The position numbers and the translations under genes are program-made. Below are positions 1 to 12,824 of a stretch of 64,000 bases of DNA, piece after piece. Numbering within the stretch: the first letter of the stretch is position 1; every line of letters starts with the position of its first letter. A model generated the notes under the pieces. It was given only the letters and a program-made list of their open reading frames with translations, searched no databases and was not told the origin of the DNA. This stretch comes from Lingula anatina (taxonomy: Eukaryota; Animalia; Brachiopoda). The stretch is taken from positions 16,864,001 through 16,928,000 of the forward strand of contig CM120641.1 in assembly GCA_051362555.1 (NCBI GenBank). Direction: 5' to 3'.

Positions 1-208
1 TCATTCAGTCTACTCTGCCATTACTACGTGGTCAAGAACTGTTGGTGCTATCAAGATGCTCTTATTTATTAACCAAACAGAAATTTACCGGCAACAAACA
101 TTTCCATTTTCCTGGTGTAAATGTCATTTTTCAAATTTAACGTTTCTTAATTTTGACATTAACAATTAATACTTTAACAATTGCACTTTTAAAACAATTT
201 ACTTGCAG

Positions 209-720
209 AGGGTGAAGTGCTGAAGCCGACCATTTGTCGTCCTTTGTTCACGCCGATGTTGAGGCGTAGCAACCCAGAGATGATGGCAGAAGAGCAGGGT
301 CGAAGAAGCTTCTCCCGTAAGAGCAAACGCTCAGTGCGAGTCCACTCTCCCCTGACACCGACATCGTCAGAAGGTACTTCCGGTCGCATTGAGGAGATGT
401 ACCGCGTGGTGAAACTACTGGACATGCGCTTCCAGCACCTCCAAGAAAACACCAGCCAAATCCAAAATCTTGTAAAAGATTTGGCCGCAGTGAAAGCTGA
501 TTTGGAGAAAACAAGAAGCTTGCTTGAAACTCAGCGAAGGCTCACCGTCAACACCAGTGGGACACCGAGATCTTTTGAGACAATATCTACCTTAAATATT
601 CTACCCAGCTTCGTGGCAGAAACCGAGGTCCGTACAAAGCCTTTATCGCCACGACTGGGGTACATTAAAAAATCGGTTAAGTTTAAAAAACAAAAGAGTG
701 ATCAATCTGGACAAAATTAA
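209..720 (+). CDS. Terminal coding exon of a gene starting upstream of the window (coiled-coil-containing tail; product unidentified)
   Basis: Acceptor ACTTGCAG ends at 208, followed by an open frame of ~170 codons to TAA at 718-720 with a heptad-like segment (LDMRFQHLQENTSQIQNLVKDLAAVKADLEKTRSLLE). GC is higher than in the flanks. Possible AATAAA near 1589. Confidence 0.65.
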
Positions 721-758
721 TGTCAAATTCAATATTCAAATATTGAATCGGTCTCCTA

Positions 759-1006
759 GGGACCATTCCCATAGATATTTGGATAGATCTATCTCCCTGG
801 GGGGTCTCACTTAATTGCTATCAAACTAACCGGCTTAAACGTCTGTCACGCCTAGTAAAACTGTAAGGGGTAATTATCTTTACCCCTAGCTGATTCGGTA
901 GGCGTAGCAGACAGTTAGGCCTTTTCTTGCTGATTTGCAATTTAGTGTGAACCCCCAGGGAGTTAGGTCGATCCAGATGGATCGATCTAAGTATGGGAAC
1001 CCAGTC
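759..1006. mobile_element. MITE family A copy 1 (PIF/Harbinger-like)
   Basis: Terminal inverted repeats CATTCCCATAGAT...TATGGGAA and internal GTGAACCCCCAGGGAGTTAGGTCGATC. Clear homologues at 35377, 42236, 45598 and 45874. Confidence 0.85.
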
Positions 1007-3139
1007 CTAGTTTTCACTTGCACGCACAAACAAAATGAGAGGAAATAATAGAATTTGTAGAACTGAGATGGTTTGATTATTTTGGCGGAAGGCTTGGATT
1101 AAAGGTTACAACACCGTAGCATGAGAGGAATGGAGACTACATGCCTATTTTTATGAACATGTCACGGTATACGCCATTGTCGCAACGTTCAGGGCAAGGG
1201 TTCACTGTGATCATCCTCGAGGTACAGGTATATGCACATGTACGTGTAGGTCATTAATGGGACTAGGTGGCATGAGCATCGCGTTCCAGGACAGTGTGAT
1301 GACCTCATTTGAACTCAGTGTGATGACTGGGAAGGTATCTCGTTAATGATAACTGTTCACATTTATACATTTACAAGTAACTGCTGAAAATCGTGAAACT
1401 GTGAATCTCTATGTAAATGTCATTCTGGCGTTGGAGTGATGCTTCGAACTGTCATCGCTTCTTCTTTCTCCTTCTTGAATGATGTAAAGCATGTTTGATT
1501 GTATTTTGATGTTTAAGTTCAATTTTGAATTTGAGAGAGCAAATTCTACGTTTCTGTGTGCAGTTTGCTGAACGATATGTTGTAATTCAATAAAATTGTA
1601 TTATATATGGGCCCACTACGATCAAGTAATAATAATAATATAAGGCACAACTTTAACTTGACAGTATGATAAGGCAGCGCGCACGCTTTCCGCCTTGTGG
1701 AGAACGGTTTTTGGTATACCCAAGGAGTCTGTTATAACTCCTTGGTATACCCTCGTATAGGGAACAACAACAGGTACAAACACTATCACGATCACCCCAA
1801 GTCCACCGAATAATGTCCGTGCACTGGAACTCCACGATATTTCGACGCGCTTACAATTTTAAATATTTTTCAAAGGTTTCAGTTTGACCAAATCCTAAAG
1901 GCGTCGGAAGCAGTGAATCCGTGTGATTCCGTGCAACCCTTCTTGTACCTCTACGACATCCACGGCCTCCACTGCATCTAAATTTTAAAGGGGACGTACG
2001 ATTTTAAAATTGGTGCGGCTGTTTCTGACCGAGGCTTAATTTGGGCTTACCTAGAGAAGTGTAGGACATCGTAGAAGTCAAGAGCTTGTTGAATATGAGC
2101 GAATGTTCTTGTGAAGTTAGCTGACATCTCTAACACAGCGAGGCCTTCTTTGATTCACCTGTACGGTCTCAGTGGAGATAACGTAGTCCTCACAACGCAT
2201 CGGGTCAACAATCAAAGCGACCAGTCCAAGCGAACTGATAAACTCGCCACATGCTAACCATGTAGGGGATACATAATGGGGTAAAATGCATTTTTTTGTC
2301 CAATTCAGATAGCCAGTTATCAGGAGCTGATATCGAAAATTTGTATTGATTTTACTGCTGATCGTTGGATATGTGGCAGGCAGAAAAGATGAACGTTCAG
2401 CATACATCATTTTATGATCTGACTGGAAGTCTTTGGCTCATGACAATATCTAGCATGCACCATGACTAATCACTGCATTCCTCTCTCCACATTACTTAAT
2501 ATCTACATGAATATCGATTAAGAAGTATTTTGGCATCCTTACTCTTGTTCAGACAACTTATCAAACCTGAAATGTAAACTTACGTCTTACAGTTGTACAG
2601 ACGGCCTCAGTTTGATTGACCTTCGTTAATTGCTTTAGTCAGCAGATTAATATTTATCAATGCTTCTGTCATTACCACTGTAACATTATTCATTATTTCA
2701 TTTTCATATTTATATAATCAACATTTTTTGTATTTAAGTCATTTCCGAGCTCTATGAAAGCAATAATTGCTATTAGAATTAAGAGTAATTTCTGCACTTT
2801 TAACCCTGATCCACTACTTTCCGGTAATCTCGACCCATCCTTTCAATCCTCAAGGGTCTCACCACAGCCTTGGACAAGTCAAGCTATAGCCGGAAAAAAG
2901 AAATGCACTTTAAAAGACCGTCGAAAATGAAGCCACGGTAATAGGTTTCATCATACTCAGATTTCTGAGCACGAAATGTTCTTCTTGAACAACGGGGATA
3001 ATTATGGACTTTCGAAATGCGCATCTCTGAAACATATATCCACGAACGAGAGAATGCTCACTTCACCTTTTTACCATTTTAACAGGGTTAGTTGGTTAGT
3101 TATAATTTTTGTTTAATTTGTATATTTTATGATTCGACA

Positions 3140-3531
3140 CATGGGCCGATCCAGGATTATTCCAAGGGGGGCGGTTTTTAGGAATGACAGACCACAGATG
3201 CGAACTCGCCTTGGCGGGGTATTATGGTATAATACAGGGCGAACGGTGTCATTTGGTACAGTTAAGTCACAGGTCCGTAGCCAGCAATTTCAAAAGGGGG
3301 GTTCTTTTTTTTTGAAAAAGTGGACCTTTTCCCACAAAAACTTCATGTACCTAGATCAAATTTTACCCAGAGTGGACCGTTTCCCAGCAAAAGGGGTGGT
3401 TCTTTCGAACCCCCCGAACCCCCCCTGGCTACGGGCCTGTAAGACCTATGATTCAAGTAGTCAAAATTCTAATTTCAAGAGGAGACCATTGGTGTGTTTT
3501 CCCCCCTGACAGCTCCCTAAATCCACCACTG
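3140..3531. mobile_element. Degenerate CAGGGGCGGAT-type MITE with a second MITE (3270-3439) nested inside
   Basis: Outer ends CATGGGCCGATCCAGG / CCTAAATCCACCACTG flanked by CGACA/CGATA. Inner TIRs CAGGTCCGTAGCCAG / CTGGCTACGGGCCTG. Confidence 0.7.
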
Positions 3532-4184
3532 CGATAAGTCACTGTGTCCTACAGCACAGCACTTGTTAACTACAATATAAAAACACGCACAATAAAATAA
3601 CATGACAGCCCCAGCTCGCCGGAGGGACCGAGTATAATTATCCCGTTAGGCTGCGACAAGCAATACACAAAGGTGATCGAAATCACGGTACAGTCTGATT
3701 ACTATTGACTCATTTATTAGATACCTTTGCAAGTGGAAATGGATTCATATTAGAATTGCCATATGTTAAATTGGTTGGACGGACACGAAATTCTATTCCA
3801 CACAATCGATTTGGTAGACTGGCCATTGTCGACCTTTAAGGAATAATTTCCCCTATCTGATTCTCTTGCAAGCAACTTGCTGCCTTGCCTTGTTGGAATC
3901 TAATCCGTGAGTCGCAGTCCTAAAAAACTTGGTTCTCGTGCAAACATTACATGTGCATATGATGTTACATATAAGTATTACCTGCATTATTTACCCAGCA
4001 TAAATGCATGTACGGGCTACAAATTCTGTTCTAAATATATACATTGATGCAACACATAAAGGCAATATATTTGGAATCATGTAAAAATTATTTGTGCCAA
4101 GGCCACAAGACGCATGGTCGTGCAATTCATGTGTGCGTAGAAAGGTTTAGTTTGTTAGGAACAATTATAGCACATCTTCAATGT

Positions 4185-4185
4185 G

Positions 4186-4259
<74 letters not shown>
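4185..4259. repeat. Compound microsatellite (CT)n(AT)n
   Basis: Directly visible. Confidence 0.95.
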
Positions 4260-4789
4260 CATACTAAACGCAGTGAGGAAGTAGTCTTTCAAAGATCAGT
4301 GACACAGACTTCATAATGAGATTGAGTTGTAATGTCAGGGAAAAGTTCCGCAATAACAGTGTTATTGAAGCGCGGCTGATGCGGGCGCACAGCGGCCATA
4401 CACAGAATGCAAATGCAGTAGGCGAAACACGATCCTTCGTCTATGTGACTCGGAGAAAATGACACGGGGCATCTGAGGTGGAGTAAGTGATTCAGCTCAT
4501 CACATACAACGTAAACGAGCTACTGGACGAGCTCTTGATTTGACGCCAGCACGTACTTGTATGTTAGTGTATAGACTGTTTGGCTACAAGCGTTGCCATC
4601 TATCGAAGGTATCCTATGTGCGTGCGATATTGTTGTTTAATCAGCGTTCCTCCAAATGATAGATCACGCAAGCACTGGGAGATAGATTTGTTGCACCTTA
4701 ATTAAAAGCACCGGTATCTGGCGTTAAGTAGGCACCTCCAGACAAGACTCGTGGCGTGGATTAATGACGGTTTGAGTCAGTGTAACAAC

Positions 4790-7700
4790 ATGCAGTGTTT
4801 ATGCAGAAATATCTTAAGTGCCGGCGACACCAGGAAGCACTCGACCTCGGGAGAGTTTGAAGATTTGGACATGGACATAAAAACTGAAGGTGAGAACGCA
4901 GCACCTAAAAACTGCTACAGATTGGTGATTGTTGGCACCGCAAGAGCTGGAAAAACATCGATAGTTTCCAGATTTCTCAACGATAAGTTTGAGGAGAAAT
5001 ACACACCTACGATAGAAAATTTCCATCGGAAAGTGTATAGAATCCGAGGAGAAGCATACCGACTTGACATCCTTGATACGTCTGGGAACGACCCATTCCC
5101 GGCTATGCGAAGACTTTCTCTACTCTCTGGTAAGTGGAACAGAATAACATGTAAACTGTTAAAAATAATTTTTGCTGCTAGGCTGCCTATTATATTCATC
5201 GCTTAATGTTGATAATCGAATCGCATGATTCCAGCAAGGCTCGGAATAACAGCAGTCTACAGTTATTATTGACAAGGCAATAACTGCTTCGCAAGATAAT
5301 TGTGATGCTGATATAATATAAACATTATTAGTTATCCCGTTATCTTTGTCCTTCTATTTATTCATTTACAAATTTTATATATAATATTTGAGTGCCTGAT
5401 GTGGAATTCATCGATTTATAGTATTTATGGGAAAAAATCACGTCCGGCAAGTGTCATTTGAGTATCCATTCCATAAAAACCCAATAAGAAAATGTCTTTT
5501 ATAGATTGGTGACTTTCAAAGAAATCTAAACAGCAAAAATACCAAAGAGCGTTGGTAATCTATCGATCATTCTAAGAATCCAGGCTTCTTTTTCCCCACT
5601 TTTTCTGCTTCTTATTTTCGCCAAACAACACTTTTGAGGCTGTGAAACAAACCCGGGAAAACAAATCCCTAGCGATCCAAGTTATCTCACTTTATAATGG
5701 ATGAATAGAAAGCCTGGCAGTCTTTCATTTTAAAGGCAAGATATGTTTGGGCTAGCACGGAGTTTTAGATTAGTACCATACATGTACTGTTTGCGTGTAC
5801 GGTTGAATATGCATTTTCTCTGTCAGAGGCCGGCTGGTTGATGACGTACATGTAGTTGTGCACTTTAAGCATTGAGCAGAAATGTGAACAATCACTGAAT
5901 TGCCAGTGAAATATCTGTGACTATCTAGTGAAAAATTATATCCATGGCACTGGTAGAGGGAAGAAAATGCTTTAGGCTGACAGACATGTCTTGCCAGCGA
6001 AGCTCTTGTCAATTAACACTTATATCAACTATATTTTGGAAGAAAAACAGAATTGACAGATGCTCCACATCAATTAAGTCAAATCCCATTGCGTGTCCGT
6101 TAAAATTTATGTTCTTGGAAAACTTAAGTCGTTTACTTTTTGTACAAGCTAGTATAAGACTATATGGTGCCATTTCAGTCTTTGTCAACATATTATTTCA
6201 TCAAAGCTGATGCTACTTCCAGAGGTCTGGCGGTAGGGAAATTTGATAAAAGTAGTGCCATTATTTAATAATTCAGTGGAAACATTTACATTGCTATTTT
6301 CCGAATTGACTGGTGATATCTACATGTGTCATACCAAAATGTGTATTTTACCTAAATAGACGTGTATTAATACATGTGTACAGATGTGCATTTTAGTGAT
6401 GAATGCCCAATCACGTTAAGGCAGGCGAGTTTAACAAAGCATGTACTAACATCCGTTAATGTCTGATTATTGGCTTTATTTTGGTAATCAGCTGCTATGA
6501 CTTGGGTGTGACTCTTTGCTTGATGATGCTTGATGAAGGAACTTTGGACAGGGGAAACTCAGCAATCTGGTGTCCCCGTGGGGCTATAAAATTTAGTTAT
6601 CACTAGAATAATTGATTCTTTCCATTAGCAAGATAACATTGCTCTCACTGTAACCTTTAAATGAATGCATGAGTATGTTGAATCAATTCAGCAAATTACA
6701 TTGATGGAATAAGTAATGACCGTATACCGCATAATCTTGGAAATACAATGAAAATGTTGCCATTAATGAAAAGCAGATAAATAAAATACTCTCAAATCAC
6801 TCTTAAGAACAGACACATATCAAACGTCATTGATATGCGCCTCCATTGTTTCTCGAAAGCCGACAGACATTAGTCATTATCAACTGATTTGATTCATACG
6901 GTTCCAGAAGTAACAGTGAAAGAGATTTGTCCAGACGGGTAATATCAAAATTGATTCTTCTCTAGACTTTGCGGTATTCTATTTTATGCAGCTTAGGCTC
7001 CTAACAGAGGTAGTGAATACCATACTTTTTGGAGAGAAATAGTACGCTGTGGCTTGATTTTATTTTTAGAAACATATCGGGCAATATTTTGGTAGGCTCT
7101 TAATAAGCCGCCATTTATGAATGATTTTACATTCATTAGACTTAACTGGCACGCTATATTTGAACGCATTGCAACATACGTTGAATCTAGATCTGTCATC
7201 TGCTTATACAAACAAAAAGCGACCTTCACAATCAACCTCAAATAAGTAATCTGAATCCGCTTAAACTGTGATTTTAATCAATGTTTGGCTTTAAAACGTG
7301 ATAGTTGATGACACAAAAATGTTCTTTCGTGTTTTTGTGGCTTATCTGTAGTTAAGCATTGGCAATAAGACTAGAGCCTTATTAAGGATTCTGGCTACCC
7401 ATAGTAAAGCAGGCAACATATTTACTACGTCAAATTCATATTACTTTACGTGGTCAGTTACATTTTAGCTTAATTTTTAAACGACAGAGACAGTGATGTG
7501 TGAGAAAAAAACCAAGTGAGCATTTTGATTGATTGACATGACATGACTTTTGTTTTATTTGTCTAACATTACACTGGATTAGCTTCAAAAGACAAAACAG
7601 GAAGTCGTGCTGAAAAAAAAACTTAAGCGGAGAAATAGAGTAAAGAATCTGTCGGAAATCAATATTCATCCAGACAACGCAAACGTGTAGGTTTTTGAAG

Positions 7701-8836
7701 GTTTTGAAATAATGAAAACTGTGAAAATCACACTGATGTGAACGCAACAAAGCTTAAAGGAATAACAATTACAATAAAAACCTCGTAAACAACTCATAGA
7801 AATATCATAAATTCCATATCATTTAACCACCAACACAGCGCTTATAACAATTATTCTGGAATCTGTGCTTGCCATCAGACCACGTAGACCTTCATAGATG
7901 GGCATACCTCCGTATACACAGTATATCTCCTAAGAGATTATTACTAAAAAACCAAAACAAAGGACTAACTTTGAATGTCCGAATGGATTCATTGACCATT
8001 GGTTAGTTTGGAAAATCGTCGTTTGCCCTACCAGGAAAATCCGTTTTTGGCAAAAAAAAAAAAAAAAAAGTTGTTATTCCTTTAAATACGGTTTTAACCT
8101 GCGTTGACGACTTTTCCGCCATCAATTTAGCCCATTTTTCCTTTTGATTTAGTTCTGCCACAAGTTAATAAAGATGCAATATGCTAGTAAGACAGACAGG
8201 TACAACCAATGTTATCCATGTTAACCGTACAGTATGATAGCCTTTAAATAATTCCACGTCTTGTATCTTACAGGAGATATTTTCATAATCGTATTCAGCG
8301 TGGATAATATGGAATCATTTGAAGAGGCCAAGCGGCTTAGAGATCAGATTCAGGAAGTGAAGTCCTTCTGTCCACCCGGTTCCAAAAAATTCCGACACAT
8401 CCCAATGGTCCTGGTCGGTAACAAACTAGATCGTGCCGACCACCATAGGGCAGTGAACTCGATGGAAGTGAACAGATACATTGAGTCACAATCTGGGTGT
8501 GCATACGTTGAAGCATCGGCCAAAAAGGACTGGAATATTGAAGACATCTTTCTCAAGCTTTTCATAATGGCTGATCTCCCGACAGAAATGAGTCCTTCGC
8601 TCCACAGGAAAGTGCACCCGTCTTACGTTGGGAAAACGACAGCGAAGTCCACAACAAGGTGCGGGCCAATCTCTTTAAGAAGACGCTTAAGCGACGCCTG
8701 TGGCACTGTTACCAGTGTTAGACGTCCAAGTATTAGAACCGATCTTTTGATATTGCAGACAAAATCACGCGTTCCGCCCGAAGTTACTAATACTTCGGAT
8801 GCAGAAGCGACTGGTGTCAAATGTGTGATTCAATAG
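4790..8836 (+). CDS. RASD: Rhes/Dexras1 (RASD-family) small GTPase, 2 coding exons (4790-5129, 8274-8836)
   Basis: G1 GTARAGKT, effector YTPTIENFHRK, G3 DILDTSGN (typical of RASD), G4 NKLD, G5 EASAK, the LPTEMSPSLHRK motif and C-terminal CAAX CVIQ. The GT-AG intron joins in frame as LSG|DIFI. Confidence 0.93.
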
Positions 8837-11764
8837 TATTTGTTATATTCAGACTTTTGATTTTTGAGTCACATATAAATGTATATTGTCCAGCAATCTA
8901 AACGTCGCCTGTGCTGTCTTATTATTAAACACTTTTATTAATCAAAATACTGATTCTTCAGAAATATATACGTTATTCATTCATTCACTGAAATAGTATA
9001 TCGCTTTTCTGACATCCTTATATCATATATGTTGTAATTTAATGACCATTCTAATTGAACATCGATGTGTTTTTCGACATAAGTAATTATTATAAAAAAT
9101 ACTGGCGCCTGTTATCAATTTGAACATTGTACGTTCAATGGTCTGAGCACATGATAGCGTGTAAGTAAGACAAGAGGTTTATGCAGACTGGAGTCCTATA
9201 GGTGTACTGCTTGTCATAGGACTGTTAATTGGAATCTGGATAGTTGGAAACAATACAGAACAACGTATTCTCTTTTTCCAGGCGCAATTTCAAGACCATG
9301 TATTTGTTGCAATGTAGGTTCAGGCATGATTGCCATGACATTCTTTGTGTCTTCGCTTTTCGATTAGGTCTTGTGTTTTAGTTTCCTTTTTTGAATTTTG
9401 ATAATTTGAATTGTTTGATTTCATAGTTCCGTAATGTTCACTTTTAATATGAATATTGGTAAAGTGTATGGATTTTGCATATAGCTTTTTTGTTGCTTCT
9501 CGTTTTGCTTTCAAAGTATTACGAAAGTAGAGTTGAATAATTGCATTGGCTATACCCAAAATGCCAAAAACATTTCAACGTTTCAACTATCATTTAACTG
9601 ATGTAAGATTTTCTTATTTATCATTTGATACCAGAAATTGCAAGCATCGCATTAAAAAAAAAACAGTGAAGCAGCTGAGAAATAATGATGACTTTTTGGC
9701 ACGGGGATATTAAACTGGCTTTGTGGGTCTGTCTCGGGATTATGTTACACAAAATATCGCCAAAGTAAGAATATTGGTGCTTTTGTGAAATAAAAAACGC
9801 AATATCCATCTGTTTCTTATGAAGCATTTATAAATATTTTTTATCTCAAGTAAATGCAGGTATGTAAGTATATCATGATAGAAATACATTCCCCGATTCA
9901 CGTTGACTGGCACATTGTATGACAAAAGGCAAGCCATCGAAGAAAAAAATCCAATCTAAATTGCAACTTCGAGCATTTCCTGAATCGAGCTAGCAGGAAA
10001 TTCTAAACGTCGAACTGGGATGGAAAACACCAGCATCTACGCCAGACTTCAATGTGCTTGTAAAACAAAGGAGCATTATTTATTCAATATTGTTCACGGC
10101 ATTTGATATTTTCAATGCTATAAATTGCAGGCGACGGCAACTCGACTATGACCAGGTGGAGGGAAGAGTCCACGCAATTGTCGCCCTTTCCGTTTGGAAA
10201 ACCCTCGGTCTGCCACTTAGCCGTAGGCCCTATACCGTGACTTTTATTTCAAACACATCTGTCTGACCCCCATCCCTAAGGCCTAATTTATGTAAAACAT
10301 TCAGCTGTCTTAATGCAAAAAAAGACTATAGGTTAGAGACTGAGTCCCAGCGACATTCCCTTAAAGTAATTTAAACAAGGTGCAGGTGCAGGCAATCGTC
10401 TAAAAGCTTCAGATTCTATGCTGCGTCTGTGCAATTAAATGGCACGAGGTAAAAGTTATCTAGGGTACAAGCTCCAAGCGTCCAGGCTCCTTGCTGACTG
10501 GGATTAAAAATCGATATTTAATGGTTGACATAGATTTGAATTTTTGGTACCATGCTGGGAACTTCCCAGATGACAGAACGTGAAACCACAATAATGTGTG
10601 GAAGAATCAACTGATTTTGAGTACATAGACATCAACAAATATGTAGAGAGACCCCAATTGGGATGCTGAGTCGATGACATTTACTTTCGTTCTCTGAAGG
10701 TTAATATTCCTTTAGCTCAACGAGCACTAATATGGTTATAATTAAAGATTCACATTGTGTAAAGACAAGACATAATACCATACAGGACACGGGTTGAAAA
10801 AAAACTGAAGTGAATAGATGAAATATGAAATTATTTTGATTTTTACAGGAACGAATTAAGCGGCAACGTGGCGTTTCACGTAATGTACGCGATTTAAGGG
10901 TACCGTTCTTGAAAAGTATTGTGCATACTTGGGAGCATGATTCTCATTTTTTCTAACGGACCATCTTTTCAGCTGTGTCTCATTTCTCGAACATTATTCC
11001 TATTGCATGTTGAATTATATTCGGGAATTTTTCCCTAAAAGCCATTTGTGTTAACATACCATTTTATGAACGGTAATGGGAAGGTGATATTGCCTCGTTT
11101 AATGCATCTTTAATAATTACTACAATTTAATAAAGCCTGGAACTAGTAGCTACTATGGCACCGTCCATATATTTGTTCACCAAATGCAAATTCAGCCTTT
11201 CAATAAATGTTTCAACACAAAAGAAAAAAAGATCACCGAAATTTGCTCATTGTCGTCGTTAAACAAATATATGAAGAAGACGGCAAGCGATTTGTCTTTC
11301 CACGAGGAATGCATCACCATTTATTGATTGTTACATGTACAAGGCAGTATGAAGAATCATTAGTCCAATCCTACTGTGTCACTGAATCACCTGGCACGTC
11401 AACCATACTACCGATGTTGAGACACGCACAGAGCTTTTACCTCCCAGGCAAGGGAAATATTTGCACACAGCCTCGGGAGAACCATTTAAACAGTGCGAAA
11501 AAGCCAACCCTACTTAAGCTTGTGTATGCATTTCCCAGGACCCTGGAGCTGCACGGCGGTGCCTAGTACCCCCCCTTGGGCTTGTAAGCAAAGAAGAGAG
11601 CAAGGTTAATTACATGTCCACAGAGAAAAGAAATGCGAAGAAAACTAACATGATGAAACTGAGTGTTACCTTGCGTGAGGAGGTGAACTCAAAATGAATT
11701 CTTTTCCTGTGTGTTCATATGATTTAACTTACGTGCCCAATAACCATGTACTGATTGTTACCCA

Positions 11765-11960
11765 CTGGGCAATCATCCTGTGGATAAAGTAATGTTTACT
11801 AAACACTGGCTACTTATTTTTGTCTCTAATATTGCTTTCCAGTGGTGAAAAAAGGCTGCTATCATAATGATAACTGTCCAGTGGATAACAATTTTATCCA
11901 GAGGATAGTGTTATCCAGTTATCCATAGCATAGCGCTATCCAGTGTTGATGAACTTGGCC
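11765..11960. mobile_element. Partial MITE with ATCCANTGGATA subterminal repeats
   Basis: Repeated TCCAGTGGATA/TATCCAG motifs ending in a TIR-like GATGAACTTGGCC. The left end is not resolved. Confidence 0.45.
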
Positions 11961-12824
11961 AACGATTAACGTCTTTTTCTCAAAAAAGATATAAATCACG
12001 CCCAAGAGAAAAGTAATTTTGATGAAATTGGATAGAACTTTAAAACCACGCGGTATTTTGTTGTCTTCATAAATCAATGTTGTAACCTTTAGATAATGAT
12101 GTAACGTTCATGTTCTGTACATGCTTTTTAGATCCATTCATAAGACTTATACGATTTGACACAATTGAACAGATAGATGGGAAAGTAGGTGCAAAGGTTT
12201 GGTTGTCAAGTGCGCAGGGAACAAGGAGTTAAAATACATGTGAGTTCACCCGTTTGGCAATGAAAATACACCGTAAATATTCTATTGCCACATAGTTATT
12301 GTTTTATAATAGTCACAGATACATTTCGACGACTTGTGACGTCAGTCCAGACTGATGAAGATGTCAGTATTTAAAACATTGGAACGCATCTGTAAGTATT
12401 ATAAGATATTTGTTTGCGACAAAAGAACATTCGTGACACGATGCCAGTTACCTGTCATGAAGCGAAATAGAAGGAACGTCCCTGTGATTACCACACTCTT
12501 TTAATTTGTTCAACTTTTTTGCAATAATGGTGGAGTTGTCTTCCACATCAACAAAGAACTATGTAAAAATATAAAATATTAATGCACATATCATCACGAT
12601 TTAGGCTTTTGCATCCCCCGTACAAGTGCTGTAATTTAACCATTCATTTATAGGCAAAAATATATGTTATAATTGTAATGTTTGAAAGAAAAACAAACTG
12701 TATAATTATGTATTGAAAAAAAAATCATATCATCTCACGAACGTAATTCTATTATGTGAACCAATTCAACAAGATGAGCAATATTCAAGGCCCCTTTAGA
12801 TTAATCAAGAAATACTTCTTTGAG

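Noticed and set aside
3129-3509. 126-aa ORF
   Set aside because: Coincides with nested MITEs and has no protein-like motifs.
11207-11566. 119-aa ORF
   Set aside because: No recognisable domain or convincing splice context; likely a chance ORF.
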